Made by a program: the position numbers and the translations under genes
Notes under the pieces: model-generated
Told to the model about the DNA's origin: nothing
Databases searched by the model: none
Seen by the model: the letters and a program-made list of their open reading frames with translations, nothing else
DNA from: an uncultured Pirellulales bacterium
GTDB lineage: Bacteria; Planctomycetota; Phycisphaerae; Sedimentisphaerales; Anaerobacaceae
Assembly (NCBI GenBank): GCA_964567045.1
Contig: CAZMLE010000015.1
Coordinates: 225-64,224, forward strand
Length of the DNA: 64,000 bases
Reading direction: 5' to 3'
Shown here: positions 35,421-45,874 of the stretch, one piece after another
Layout: each line of letters begins with the position of its first letter
How positions within the stretch are numbered: the stretch's first letter is position 1

Positions 35421-37064
35421 ATGAAGAAGATTGTTCAGGAACAAGCCCGCCATACGTCTGGCGGGCAAGAGCACGGGCTGGGCAGGGACTTCTGGCTTTT
35501 CGGCGGCCTGCTCTGCATTCTGCTTGTGTCAATCCTGGGCCGGGATATGGGTCGGCCCTTCACGGGCCTACATAGTTGGGGCGAAGCCAGCGGGGCCTGG
35601 GCAGCCAGAGCCCACCTAAAGTACGGCTTAGGCTATACCAAAGGCGCTTCCACATGGGCGGTGGGCGACCCGCCGACAAAAACTCCCACAAGATACTACG
35701 ACCATCCGCAGCTCTCTGTCCTGACGCTGTCGCTGTTTATGTCGGTCTTCGGCGTGAGCGAATGGAGCTATCGACTGCTCAATTGTATCACGTCTGTGCT
35801 AACTTCAGTGCTCCTGCTCAAAATCTTTAGGGGGTTATTGAGCGATAAAACCGCGCTGCTTGCAGTCCTTATCTACGTTTTATTTCCTGTTACCGGCTAT
35901 TTCGGCTCCGGATGCTGGACCGCCTTGATGGTCTTCACAGCTATCTGGTGCTATCTGGTATTAATCAAGAGCCTGAAAGATGGACCTGAGCCTGGGCGGA
36001 TACACAAATGGGCTTTGGCAGCCAGCCTGTTTCTTGCGCTGCAGTTCAATTGGGAGGGCTTTTTCTACGCCATGGGTATCGGGGTGCACTACGTCACGCG
36101 CTGCATCCGTCGCAAGACGTTTCCGCAGAAGACGCTGCTCGCCATCTTAATTGTCGCACCCCTATCCAGTTTAGCCTTGAATTTTCTGGTGATGGCGGCT
36201 GGCTATGGATGGGACTTCAGCAAAATTACCGCCCTGTACGCATGGCGAGCCGGAAAGGGCGAGATGGCTGAATTCGACTGGGGCAAATGGTTCGCCAGGT
36301 TCTGGGAATTCGCCGTGATGAATTTCAGCCTGCCGGTTCTGATTATTGCTATTGCCTATCTAACCTTTGGCCAGCTATTTGCACTGACCAGCCCCACTTC
36401 GCGCAAGGACTCTCAGGTCGTCACCAGGCGGTTCCCCCAATTCTGGCTTCTTTTCTTGCCGGGCCTTTTCCAGTTGTCTCTCTTGAAAGGTGCCTTGTGG
36501 ATGCATCACTACTGGGAACGTTGTTTCTCTCCGTTGATTGCAATCGCTGCCGCACTTGGGATAATGACGCTCGCCGATATTCTGGGCAGGGTTCGTCCGA
36601 TACTGCCCAAGATATGTACGGCAGCTCTGGTGGGCGTTATCACGATAGCGTGCGTAGAAGGGGTGGACCACTATTACAGCATCAGACACTTTTCTCCGGA
36701 AAGGGTCAAACTTTTCAAAACGCTCAACGAAAGGATTCCGCCGGACAAGATGCTCTTGAGCTATCAGAGTCAAAAAGTTGAGCAGCACGAGGCTAAAGGC
36801 GAGCATTATCGTCCTGAAATCGCCTGGTATTTGGACCGGGAGGTTGTAGAGGCTGCGACATGGGCGGACATTCAACAGAAGGTCCAAACCGGCATGTTTC
36901 CTTGCTACTTGATCCCTGCTGTCCAGCAGGTAGCGCCGCTGATCCAGCAACTACAACAGCGATACAAGTTTGAATCGGTTCCCGGCGACCCTGGCGGGCC
37001 AGAGCTGGCTCCAATGCTGCCTCACCTGATTTTTGACCTGCAAAGTAAAGGTCCCGGCTCTTAA
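35421..37064 (+). CDS. GT-C fold membrane glycosyltransferase (ArnT / GT39-like), copy 2
   Basis: Multi-TM protein with DHPQLSVL loop and a soluble C-terminal domain. ATG 35421 preferred because the track TTG lies inside the upstream hairpin. Confidence 0.65.
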   Translation: MKKIVQEQARHTSGGQEHGLGRDFWLFGGLLCILLVSILGRDMGRPFTGLHSWGEASGAWAARAHLKYGLGYTKGASTWAVGDPPTKTPTRYYDHPQLSVLTLSLFMSVFGVSEWSYRLLNCITSVLTSVLLLKIFRGLLSDKTALLAVLIYVLFPVTGYFGSGCWTALMVFTAIWCYLVLIKSLKDGPEPGRIHKWALAASLFLALQFNWEGFFYAMGIGVHYVTRCIRRKTFPQKTLLAILIVAPLSSLALNFLVMAAGYGWDFSKITALYAWRAGKGEMAEFDWGKWFARFWEFAVMNFSLPVLIIAIAYLTFGQLFALTSPTSRKDSQVVTRRFPQFWLLFLPGLFQLSLLKGALWMHHYWERCFSPLIAIAAALGIMTLADILGRVRPILPKICTAALVGVITIACVEGVDHYYSIRHFSPERVKLFKTLNERIPPDKMLLSYQSQKVEQHEAKGEHYRPEIAWYLDREVVEAATWADIQQKVQTGMFPCYLIPAVQQVAPLIQQLQQRYKFESVPGDPGGPELAPMLPHLIFDLQSKGPGS

Positions 37065-37105
37065 CCCAGCCCGCCAACGGCGGGGCGGCGCCAGAGGAGC
37101 CGGAC

Positions 37106-38074
37106 TCAGCCAGCACGCTCGCTGCTGCGCGGCGAGGAATTGACCTGGTTTTTATTGAAGCTGGCGGGAGATTTATGCCAGAGCCACGCCGTGCACGCAC
37201 CACCGATTACGAAAGACCAGCCCAGTGCTATCGCTCTGTCAACCATTGCCGCCAGCACCCCCACCTGCAGCGGCACCGCAAGAACCACAGCCCCAAAGCC
37301 CAGCACCAACTCCCTGATTCCCAGTGCACCCGGCGTTAGGCTTATAAATAGAGCGAGATAGCCGAGCGTCCCAAGCAGCAAATAGCCCGCAGGGTGGATA
37401 TCCTGGCCCATGCTGTGGTAGATGATCCCGAAGCGTAAGGCCGTAAGCAAAAAATTTAGCGACAATAACATTGCCGCCATGATAGTTAGCTTTGTTTTCT
37501 TTGCGATTTGCCTGCGTCCTGAAAGGAAATCGCGCAGCATGGAACTAAACTGTCCTGCTGCCTTGGGGACAGGCAGGGGAACGAATAAGAAAAGCAGCGA
37601 ACCTGCAATTGTTATCGCGAACACGCCGGCCAGGATTTTGCTTTCGTATCCGGCCAGCTTATATACCGTCAGTAGTACGATTAAACCCACCACTGCCGCC
37701 AAAGCGGTAATTAAAAACATAACATACAAAAAGAAAGTGGCAAAATGAGTATAGGCAAGACCGTAGTGACGCTTCAAATAGTTCGCCCGAAAGAGAGTGC
37801 CGAATTTCATAGGGACATAGTTGAGTAGGGTGGCTGTGTTATTCACACAAAATATGTCCCAAAAACCAGCCTTGGCATTCAGAGCTTTCAGCAAGTATTT
37901 ATCTACCAGTGCGCTGACCGAGAGGGACAAAAAACACAAAAAATATATTATGACCAACTGTTCGAGGCCCAACTCCGATACAGTCTTTAACTCTTCCCAG
38001 TGCCTTGAAAGGTACCACAGCAGGAAGAGGATAATTGCCACGCCAAGTATATTTTTAATCCACTTAGTCACCAT
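37106..38074 (-). CDS. UPF0104 / lysylphosphatidylglycerol-synthase-TM-like (flippase-like) membrane protein
   Basis: Eight hydrophobic helices with the GALGIRE motif near the C-terminus. Confidence 0.6.
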   Translation of the reverse strand: MVTKWIKNILGVAIILFLLWYLSRHWEELKTVSELGLEQLVIIYFLCFLSLSVSALVDKYLLKALNAKAGFWDIFCVNNTATLLNYVPMKFGTLFRANYLKRHYGLAYTHFATFFLYVMFLITALAAVVGLIVLLTVYKLAGYESKILAGVFAITIAGSLLFLFVPLPVPKAAGQFSSMLRDFLSGRRQIAKKTKLTIMAAMLLSLNFLLTALRFGIIYHSMGQDIHPAGYLLLGTLGYLALFISLTPGALGIRELVLGFGAVVLAVPLQVGVLAAMVDRAIALGWSFVIGGACTAWLWHKSPASFNKNQVNSSPRSSERAG

Positions 38075-38738
38075 TTGCAGATTTGCCAATCCGATAAATG
38101 TATGATGTAGTGAGGAATACAAAATTAGATCTGAACATAAGATAGCGGCTCTGTTTTATGCCGTGTCTGGCGTAGGGCAATAAGGTGTATGTGCCGGTCC
38201 TGGCTTTAATACCGAACCCGGTAAATTCGAGCAGGGTTTGAAGGTCCGTAAAGGTAAATGAGTGAATGTGCCCCTCATGCGCAGACAGCTTCATAATGTT
38301 GGCGAAGATTGCTATCCAGTTATACGGGTTAGGAACAGATAAAAGCAGGGCGCCTTCGCTGGTAAGTATTCTATGAATTTCTCTTAACAAAAATGTGGCA
38401 TTTTCAACGTGTTCGAGTAATTCCAGACAGAAAACATAGTCAAATTGCTCCTTTTGAAAAGGTAAGCCCTTCATAACATCGCATACCTGAAAACTGCCCT
38501 TTTTGTTCTTGACACTGTTGATGACTTTCTCAGATATATCCACCGCATAATAATCACAATTTAATCCGCGTTGAGCTAAAATATCGCATAGATAAGCGTG
38601 CTTGCAGCCGACATCTAATATCCGGCTGCCGTTTTTGATCTCTACGAGTTCGAGTGCTCTGGAGTACCGCAGATAACCTTGCTTGTCGAAATCAATATAG
38701 CCAGTTGCTCTATTCTCATAAAATTCCTTTTTATGCAT
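38064..38738 (-). CDS. Class I SAM-dependent methyltransferase
   Basis: Motif I ILDVGCKHA and post-I DYYAVD. LELLEHV motif. Confidence 0.75.
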   Translation of the reverse strand: MHKKEFYENRATGYIDFDKQGYLRYSRALELVEIKNGSRILDVGCKHAYLCDILAQRGLNCDYYAVDISEKVINSVKNKKGSFQVCDVMKGLPFQKEQFDYVFCLELLEHVENATFLLREIHRILTSEGALLLSVPNPYNWIAIFANIMKLSAHEGHIHSFTFTDLQTLLEFTGFGIKARTGTYTLLPYARHGIKQSRYLMFRSNFVFLTTSYIYRIGKSANGD

Positions 38739-38759
38739 ATAATGCTCCGCCTGGCATAT

Positions 38760-39506
38760 TCAACTGCTATTCTGGCAAAGAATAAATAAGCTTCCCCCTA
38801 TGGTTTTTTCGCTTAGATACTGACTTGCCAGCAATTTCTCTAAGCATTGAATACCTGTTACGAATATTTTTTTGATGAGCATCTTATGAGTGGAAAGCTC
38901 ATACGGAAATGGCTCAAATTTGAAGCGGAGGATTTTGATGTTATCTACGGATCGAATTAGTCGCAACGCCTCCTGGCTATTCCATCTATATAAATGCCCT
39001 GATGGATGAGTTTCTAAATTTCTGGTGAGTTTTCTGATCTTGTACATGATTCTTAAAGCTATGGCGTTTTCAATGGGAATCTTAAGAAGTATATACTTTG
39101 AGCATCGAGTAATCGCTGGAATTATTTTTTCGACATTGGGTATGTGCTCCAAAATGTCGCATAGGATCAGCAGATCAAAAAAATTGGCCGGATAGTCTAA
39201 CTCGCTGATAGGTTTCACCTGGAATCTTCCAAAAGGTAAAATAGCCGCAGCCTTTTTAATAGCTACTTCTGAAATATCCACTCCATATAAGTTTTTACAG
39301 CCGGTTATTCTGTGGACTTCTTTGAGCAAAACGCCTGCTCCACAACCAACTTCGAGGATCTTATTGAAAGATAGATCGTTGGGGACTAAGCTAAATAGAT
39401 TTTCCGCCTTCCATCTGGTAGCTCGAATATAAAGCTCATCAGATAGGGCTTGCGATTTGTAGATATCGTCGTAAAATTTCTGGAAATCGATATTTTTGTT
39501 GCTCAT
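38760..39506 (-). CDS. Class I SAM-dependent methyltransferase
   Basis: Motif I ILEVGCGAGV, LYGVDIS, CDILEHI. Confidence 0.75.
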   Translation of the reverse strand: MSNKNIDFQKFYDDIYKSQALSDELYIRATRWKAENLFSLVPNDLSFNKILEVGCGAGVLLKEVHRITGCKNLYGVDISEVAIKKAAAILPFGRFQVKPISELDYPANFFDLLILCDILEHIPNVEKIIPAITRCSKYILLKIPIENAIALRIMYKIRKLTRNLETHPSGHLYRWNSQEALRLIRSVDNIKILRFKFEPFPYELSTHKMLIKKIFVTGIQCLEKLLASQYLSEKTIGGSLFILCQNSS

Positions 39507-40594
39507 AGGTCTTTTCTGTGAGCCAAGAGACTATAATACAGCTTCTCCATAAGAGAAGCATTCGCATTCCAATCATAATTGTCCATAACAAACTTTCTGC
39601 CCATTGTGCCCATGCTGGAACGCAGAGCTGGATTTTCGATAAGACAAATCAGCTTTTGCGCAATTGCCTCATGGTCGCGTGGGGTAACCAGAAATCCTGT
39701 GACCCCATCTATTATGACCTCGGGCAGTCCTCCCACAGCCGACGCAACTACTGGAAGTTCCATGGCAGATGCCTCAGCCGCCGCCCGTCCCCACGCTTCA
39801 GAAAGCGATGGTACTACAAAGATGTGCATTTTCCCCAGGTAAAGCGGCATCTGGTCGTGAGGGACCGGTCCTACAAAATTAACGCTGGCCCCAATTGAAA
39901 GCGAGTCTGCCAATTTCTTCAAAGAATTAAGCAACGGTCCCCCACCAACAATCAATAGGTTGGTCTGGGGAAATCTCTTATACACAGATGCAAAGGCTTT
40001 TATAAGATATTCAACTCCGTATAGTTTCATCAAGGTCTTGGCACATCCTATCGTTATTTTGTTCGAATGCGGTTTCATCGCAGGCTTAAATTTTGCTAAA
40101 TCGACTCCAAAAGGGATAGTCTGTACACGCCTACCTTGCGGAGCTAATTCCTGGGTACCTTTGCTTAAAGTTTTACTTGTAGCCGTGATTGCGTCTGCTT
40201 TGCTTAAGGCAAATTTGATGATTTTCTTGAAAATAAAACTTGTTGAGGGCGGATCAAAAATATCAGAACCCCAGGTTGAGACAATATATGGATGGAATCC
40301 AGCAAAAGCTCCTATAAGACCGTTGGTCGTAACGTAATGTGCATGAAGTATATCGGGATCGATATTGTTTACTATTCTTTCAATATGGAGCAGCATTTTT
40401 GTATAGGACAGCAATATTGCCGGCGGCGAAATAGGCTCAACCCCGCGCCTTATTCTTACTGGATGGACCTTTACGCCACGGATCCTTGCGTCGCGGACTG
40501 AGACCACGTGAACATCGTGCCCGTTTTCCGCAAAGTGCTCGGCCCATCTCTGCGTGTGAACGGACGCTGCATTTGCTAAAAGGCAAATTCTCAC
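39503..40594 (-). CDS. Glycosyltransferase family 4 (GT-B, retaining)
   Basis: C-terminal E(A)WGRAAAEASAMELPVVASAVGGLPEVI signature. 4-nt overlap with the downstream gene. Confidence 0.8.
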   Translation of the reverse strand: MRICLLANAASVHTQRWAEHFAENGHDVHVVSVRDARIRGVKVHPVRIRRGVEPISPPAILLSYTKMLLHIERIVNNIDPDILHAHYVTTNGLIGAFAGFHPYIVSTWGSDIFDPPSTSFIFKKIIKFALSKADAITATSKTLSKGTQELAPQGRRVQTIPFGVDLAKFKPAMKPHSNKITIGCAKTLMKLYGVEYLIKAFASVYKRFPQTNLLIVGGGPLLNSLKKLADSLSIGASVNFVGPVPHDQMPLYLGKMHIFVVPSLSEAWGRAAAEASAMELPVVASAVGGLPEVIIDGVTGFLVTPRDHEAIAQKLICLIENPALRSSMGTMGRKFVMDNYDWNANASLMEKLYYSLLAHRKDL

Positions 40595-40612
40595 CAGCCT
40601 ATTCTTCCTTTT

Positions 40613-41974
40613 TCATTCGCCTATAGTTGGCGCGAAGTGACGCTTGCCAATTTCAGAGATGACAAGCCGAATCTTGCCCGACCTGGGAACCGGAATATCT
40701 TTCACAAAATTCAATCGTATCTTTAGCTTTTCTCCGGCGCCCTGACGTATGGCGTCCTCTATATACCGGGCGTCCTGATTGGAAAACTTATTGTTCTTGA
40801 CTATCTTGACCTCTATTTCATCCTCTGCTTCTTGCACTACCTGGAATTGATCCACCGACATCATAGACTCGAATATGTGACCAAAGAAGTAAGCGACCAG
40901 GTAGTTGCCATCCGGAGTCACCACAATATCGGTGTCTCTGCCCACCACGGAGCTCATCACTGGTAGTCCTCGGCCGCACTTGCATTTCTCTTGTGACGGC
41001 CTGGCCAGGTCTCCGATCCGGAATCGGATGAAGGGCATCCCATAGTTGCTCAAATCTGTAACCAGAGCTGTCCCTAATTCAGCGGGTTTTACCGGCCGGT
41101 CGTCCTTCACAAATTCAAGCACAATATTTTCCGCTGCGATGTGGTGCGTTCCTGACTCACACTGACTCGACATTACAATGCTGTTTCCTCCATAATTGTC
41201 AAAAACCGGGCAGTGAAATTGCTCTTCAATAAGCTGCCTATAATGCGGAAATAGCATGTCACCGGTCGTTATGATCGACACCGGCTTTATATCACTAATG
41301 TTGTTATCCTTCAGATACTCTGCCAGCAAAAATACCTGTGAGGCGTACCCTCTTATTAACTCCGGCTTATACTTTCTTATCTTTTCAACGCTGTCTCGCA
41401 ATGTTTCTTGATTCATAGCGGAGAGGCGGAAGAATTTACACCGTCCAAGTGCATCCATCATCTTTTGTGCCAGCGTATCGTGGGCTATCAGGTCCAGTCT
41501 GACCCAGCGTTTGCCGAACTGGTATCCGGCCCAGCGCCAAAAGCGAAAAAGACAGGCGAACCTCCAGCTTATCGCCTGGCGGTCCTGATAGTATGGCAAA
41601 GGCTCACCCGTGGAACCGCCGCTGTGGTTCAAGGCCAGCTTCTTCCTGGGGATGTTGCTGGCAATCATGTTATCCGGGAAGTTCCTGCGTATTATGTCTT
41701 TGCTCAAGACAGGCAGCTTATGCAGGTCCTCGACCGAATTGATATCCGCCGGCTTTAATCCCAACCGATCAAAGGTCGAGCGATAGTATGGGACATTCGT
41801 GTATGAATGTTGAATCAGCTCCCGAAGTCTGCTTTCCTGAAAGGCTCGAATTTCATCGGGGGTCCACCACTGGCTGCCTTCAAGAAACTTTAAGGTTTCA
41901 AGAATATGCGTCCCTTGAGAGAGTTCCACCAGCGGAAATACTACGCTTTTGAAAATTCCGGAATAGATCTCCAT
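40613..41974 (-). CDS. Phenylacetate-CoA ligase family / CapK-like adenylate-forming enzyme
   Basis: HSGGSTGEPL adenylation motif. Size and layout of the PaaK/F390-synthetase family. Confidence 0.7.
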   Translation of the reverse strand: MEIYSGIFKSVVFPLVELSQGTHILETLKFLEGSQWWTPDEIRAFQESRLRELIQHSYTNVPYYRSTFDRLGLKPADINSVEDLHKLPVLSKDIIRRNFPDNMIASNIPRKKLALNHSGGSTGEPLPYYQDRQAISWRFACLFRFWRWAGYQFGKRWVRLDLIAHDTLAQKMMDALGRCKFFRLSAMNQETLRDSVEKIRKYKPELIRGYASQVFLLAEYLKDNNISDIKPVSIITTGDMLFPHYRQLIEEQFHCPVFDNYGGNSIVMSSQCESGTHHIAAENIVLEFVKDDRPVKPAELGTALVTDLSNYGMPFIRFRIGDLARPSQEKCKCGRGLPVMSSVVGRDTDIVVTPDGNYLVAYFFGHIFESMMSVDQFQVVQEAEDEIEVKIVKNNKFSNQDARYIEDAIRQGAGEKLKIRLNFVKDIPVPRSGKIRLVISEIGKRHFAPTIGE

Positions 41975-42993
41975 TAGAGATACCTTTCAATCGTTGCCAC
42001 GATATATTCGGTAACATCTATTTTGGCCGCGAGCAACCTCTCGCGGGCAGCCAGGCACTTCTCCTTAGCCGCTGAGTCGGAGAGCCAGTCGATACAATAT
42101 TGCAGGGCCTGTTCGGTATCGGCTGTTTGTTTGATAAGCCCATACCGCTCGAGCATATCAATTGTGCCTGCTCTTAGTGTGTTGACATACACTGAAGGCA
42201 CACCCAGTATCGCGGACTCACTCGCCATCGTAGCCCCTTCGCCGACATATAGGGCGGCAAATGCCATCACATGGTGTATCCGGTGCACAGGAATATACAG
42301 GCGGTAAGGCTCAAGCTCGGCGGGCAATGGGCTTTCGGAAGTTATGTAGGGTCTTGCATAGCGGGCTATTTCCTCAACGAACCTCAGCCTGTCGCGCTCA
42401 ACAAGGCCGTGTTGGAAGGCGTCATGATGTGCCTGCCAGCTTACAAACCGAATTATGCAATACTTTTGTGCCGGATCAATCCCCAGACCTTTTACAGCTT
42501 CGCTATCGGCGGTAAATCTTTTGGGGTGCAAATAAGCAAGTTCATGTAAACCGGCGTACAGGTGATGCTTTTCGCCGAAGGATTTTTTGTAACAATCGGG
42601 GCTATAAATAGCCGTAACAAAAGGGTGTGTGATTTTGTGGGCCGCAGTTGCAATTTCCGTATCATCCCAGACGACAACCGGTTTGCCCAGCACCCAGCCA
42701 ACATGTGCCGCGAAAACTCCGCTGATTGCGGTAAGTATGTCCGGCTTGAATTGCCGGCAGAATCGAAACAGTCTCGCATCCCGCACCAGCATTTCACCAA
42801 ATAAGGACATCTTTGTCTGGCCCATTTTGCTTAGCTGTGTAAAGGCAATCCCGTAATGGTGCAGCAGCTCGATTGTGACATCCTTATCTCTGGCGGTTAC
42901 AGCAACTTTGTGCCCACGTTTTTGGAACTCTGCTATCGCGTTGCGAAAGAAATGAACGTGGGCAGGATGTGTCATTTCAACCAAAATTCTCAT
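41974..42993 (-). CDS. DUF354 family protein (GT-B/epimerase-like fold)
   Basis: MRILVEMTHPAHVHFFRNAIAEFQKRGHKVAVTARDKDVTIELL matches the characteristic DUF354 N-terminus as I recall it. Confidence 0.65.
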   Translation of the reverse strand: MRILVEMTHPAHVHFFRNAIAEFQKRGHKVAVTARDKDVTIELLHHYGIAFTQLSKMGQTKMSLFGEMLVRDARLFRFCRQFKPDILTAISGVFAAHVGWVLGKPVVVWDDTEIATAAHKITHPFVTAIYSPDCYKKSFGEKHHLYAGLHELAYLHPKRFTADSEAVKGLGIDPAQKYCIIRFVSWQAHHDAFQHGLVERDRLRFVEEIARYARPYITSESPLPAELEPYRLYIPVHRIHHVMAFAALYVGEGATMASESAILGVPSVYVNTLRAGTIDMLERYGLIKQTADTEQALQYCIDWLSDSAAKEKCLAARERLLAAKIDVTEYIVATIERYL

Positions 42994-43025
42994 TGTTAAA
43001 TAGCAAAAGCGCCAAAAGCCGGAGT

Positions 43026-43982
43026 TTATTTCAATTCCTTATTGCTTTCCATATCGAACCACATAGCAAAAAGTGTGAACTGAACGGAGCTTATGAATGA
43101 GAACATAGCCGCTAGTGCGTTAATGCGGGGAATTTGGCCGGCCGCAAACCAGATATAAAATACCCTAAAAAACAGGATAGCGGTAGATAGGCCGAACAAA
43201 AGGCCAAACATATAAAAGAAAACCAGCGGATGAAAATCTCTGATTACGTATTTTTCCTTGAGGCGATATAGAAAATCCTTCAGAAGCAGCCACGATAGCG
43301 TTATCATAACTTTTCGCAATTTTATCTTGGATACTTCGCCGATATTGTAAACCGGCTTGACAGGAATATCACGAACTCTAAAGTTATAGATATTCAGCTT
43401 CACGAGCATGTCATTCGGCATGCCAAACCTTTTATAGATTTTGTCCAGGTCCAAAATTTCCAGGGCTCTTAGATTTATCACTGTATATCCCGTTTGAGAA
43501 TCTGCCACGTGCCAGTAGCCGGACGCGATCTTGGTCAGCAAAGATAAGTAGGAGTTACCCAGGTATCGTACCTTCGGTATGACCTGCCAGGCGTTGCCGG
43601 TAAAAAGGCGATTTCCCTTGGCGTAGTCAACTTGGTCTGCAACTACGGGGTCTAAGAGATTTGGCAGGTCGGCAGGGTCCATCTGAGCGTCTCCGGCCAT
43701 AACCGCGGTGACGTCAATCTTGTTATCGCGTGCCCATTTATAGCCGCTCGCGATTGCGCCGCCCACGCCCTGGTTTTCGCTGTGCTGAATGAGAATTATC
43801 CGCCCGTTGGATTGCTCAGCGGCTTTGATTACAATCTCTGCGGTTTTGTCTGTGCTCTTGTCATCGACCACCACCACTTTGTCCACGTAATCGGGCATGG
43901 TTTCAAGAACTCTGCCGATCAGTTTTTCTTCGTTGTATGCCGGCACAACCACGCAAACTGTCTTACCTTTGTACATTGCCAA
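43026..43982 (-). CDS. Glycosyltransferase family 2, polyprenyl-phosphate sugar synthase-like (ArnC/DPM1-like) with C-terminal TM helices
   Basis: VVVPAYNEE..VVVVDDKSTDKT..DAQMD motifs. Two C-terminal hydrophobic helices. Confidence 0.8.
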   Translation of the reverse strand: MAMYKGKTVCVVVPAYNEEKLIGRVLETMPDYVDKVVVVDDKSTDKTAEIVIKAAEQSNGRIILIQHSENQGVGGAIASGYKWARDNKIDVTAVMAGDAQMDPADLPNLLDPVVADQVDYAKGNRLFTGNAWQVIPKVRYLGNSYLSLLTKIASGYWHVADSQTGYTVINLRALEILDLDKIYKRFGMPNDMLVKLNIYNFRVRDIPVKPVYNIGEVSKIKLRKVMITLSWLLLKDFLYRLKEKYVIRDFHPLVFFYMFGLLFGLSTAILFFRVFYIWFAAGQIPRINALAAMFSFISSVQFTLFAMWFDMESNKELK

Positions 43983-44283
43983 TCTCCAAGCGACGCTTTA
44001 TAATTATCCTCTGCGATAGCGGTTCTGAGTAGCTAAAAACCACGCCGAGTAGTAAAATTCATACCGTCGTGAACGCTGCAAATGAACCTTCAAGGGCAGA
44101 TATTCCGGGATTGCTCGACGTTTAGCATCTTTGAGGGCGTCTGGCAAAAATTGAGACTGTGCAAGGGGTTTTGATAAATGGAATGCCCAGATGGCCGAGC
44201 CGCTGTGGACAACGCAGGCCGGCGCGCGCAAAACGACCAGACCTAAGAAGAAAAAGGCATAAGGACATTACTGAGAGGTCAGA

Positions 44284-45753
44284 ATGAGTCGCGTCAGCAA
44301 AACCTGCTGCTTTTGGACTGTGCTTGCGATAGCATTGATGAGCGGGCAAGGGCTATTCGCAGAGCAAGGTCTGACATTTGTGCATCCGAAGGATACCGGA
44401 GCCGCTCTTGAGAATCCCGCAATGGGCTGGGGCTTTCACTACTACTCTAATGTGCCGACCAACTATGGCTCGAAGCTGGAGCCATCGGACACGCTTGATG
44501 ACTTTCCGGGCCTGACGCATATCTATCTGCGCATACCGTGGTCGTATGTTGAGCCGCAGCAGGGCAATTTCGATTGGTCGGCGCTGGATATTCCCGCTCA
44601 GCGATGGATTGAAAAAGGCAAACGGATTGCGATTCGTATCTCCTGCTGTGAGTCGTGGATGCGATACGCTACGCCGCAGTGGGTTCAGAAAGCCGGCGCC
44701 AAAGGATACAACTTTAAGCCCGGCGCGGGCATTACCGACGATGGGCCTTACTGGGAGCCTGATTACGATGACCCGGTCTTTCTCGAAAAATTGGACAACT
44801 TTCTGGCGGAGTTAGCCGCCCGCTACGATGGTAATCCGGAGGTGGCGTTTATCGACATAGGCTCGTTTGGCGTCTGGGGTGAGGGACACACTTACCATAG
44901 CACCAAGCTGCCGTATTCAGCCGACACCATCCGCAGACACATCGACCTGCACACCAAGCACTTCAAAAAAACGCTGCTGGCGGCAAATGATGACTTCGTC
45001 AGTCAGGATAGGGGCTCATCCAGCATAGAATACGCCTGCCGGCAAGGGCTGACCCTGCGCGACGATAGCATCCTTGTCCAGCCAAAGCCCAGTGCATATT
45101 TTCATGCCGATCTGGCGCAGATGTTTTGGCCGAAAGTGCCGGTTGTCTTGGAGTGCGAGCACTACGGACCATCGAAGCGAAGAGGCGCCTGGGAAGACGG
45201 CAGACTTTATCTGCAGGCGGTAGAAGACTACCACGCCAGTTATGCTTCGGTTCACTGGTGGCCGCAGGAGTTTCTTGACGAAAATCGCGAATTGATCGGG
45301 CGAATAAACCTTCGGCTGGGTTATCGCCTGCAGTTGGTGGAATCGTCTTGGCCAAGTGAGGTTATTATGGATTCTGCTGTGCGTTTTTCCGCGAGGTGGC
45401 GCAACGCCGGCGTTGCACCGTGTCTACCCGGCGGCTATCCTGCGGTGACTTTGAAAGATAGCAAGGGCGGCATTGTCGGCGTCTTCGTTGATGAAAAATT
45501 CGGTGTCCGATCTTTGCCTGTTGGACCACCCGGCAAGGCTGAAATTGCTAATCAAGAAATGAATTTTCCGGTGTCACGACTTTTACATTCGAACTACAGG
45601 CCGGGCGTCCGCCAGCCGGGCATCTACGATCTTTACGTATCTGTGGGGACGCGGACGGGGACGCCACGAATTGCGCTGCCGCTGCCGGATGGAGACGGCA
45701 AAGGCCGATATCGCCTGGGAACGTTGAAAGTCGTGCCGGACATAAAAAAGTGA
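44284..45753 (+). CDS. Secreted TIM-barrel glycoside-hydrolase-like protein (DUF4832-like)
   Basis: Signal peptide. NPAMGWGFHYY..YLRIPWSYVEPQQGNFDWS..GSFGVWGEGH pattern. Confidence 0.5.
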   Translation: MSRVSKTCCFWTVLAIALMSGQGLFAEQGLTFVHPKDTGAALENPAMGWGFHYYSNVPTNYGSKLEPSDTLDDFPGLTHIYLRIPWSYVEPQQGNFDWSALDIPAQRWIEKGKRIAIRISCCESWMRYATPQWVQKAGAKGYNFKPGAGITDDGPYWEPDYDDPVFLEKLDNFLAELAARYDGNPEVAFIDIGSFGVWGEGHTYHSTKLPYSADTIRRHIDLHTKHFKKTLLAANDDFVSQDRGSSSIEYACRQGLTLRDDSILVQPKPSAYFHADLAQMFWPKVPVVLECEHYGPSKRRGAWEDGRLYLQAVEDYHASYASVHWWPQEFLDENRELIGRINLRLGYRLQLVESSWPSEVIMDSAVRFSARWRNAGVAPCLPGGYPAVTLKDSKGGIVGVFVDEKFGVRSLPVGPPGKAEIANQEMNFPVSRLLHSNYRPGVRQPGIYDLYVSVGTRTGTPRIALPLPDGDGKGRYRLGTLKVVPDIKK

Positions 45754-45811
45754 AAATGTCGATTTTGCCGGCTTGATAGCCTCAACGTACTTTTATGCTG
45801 GAAAGTAGGCC

Positions 45812-45841
45812 GTAGGGTATGCAGGCTTCATCCTGCATACC
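45812..45841 (+). repeat. REP hairpin (long-stem variant)
   Basis: GTAGGGTATGCAGG-cttcat-CCTGCATACC, immediately upstream of cobO. Confidence 0.7.
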
Positions 45842-45874
45842 GGACTTTTGGATTTGCGATTTCGACGTACTTCT

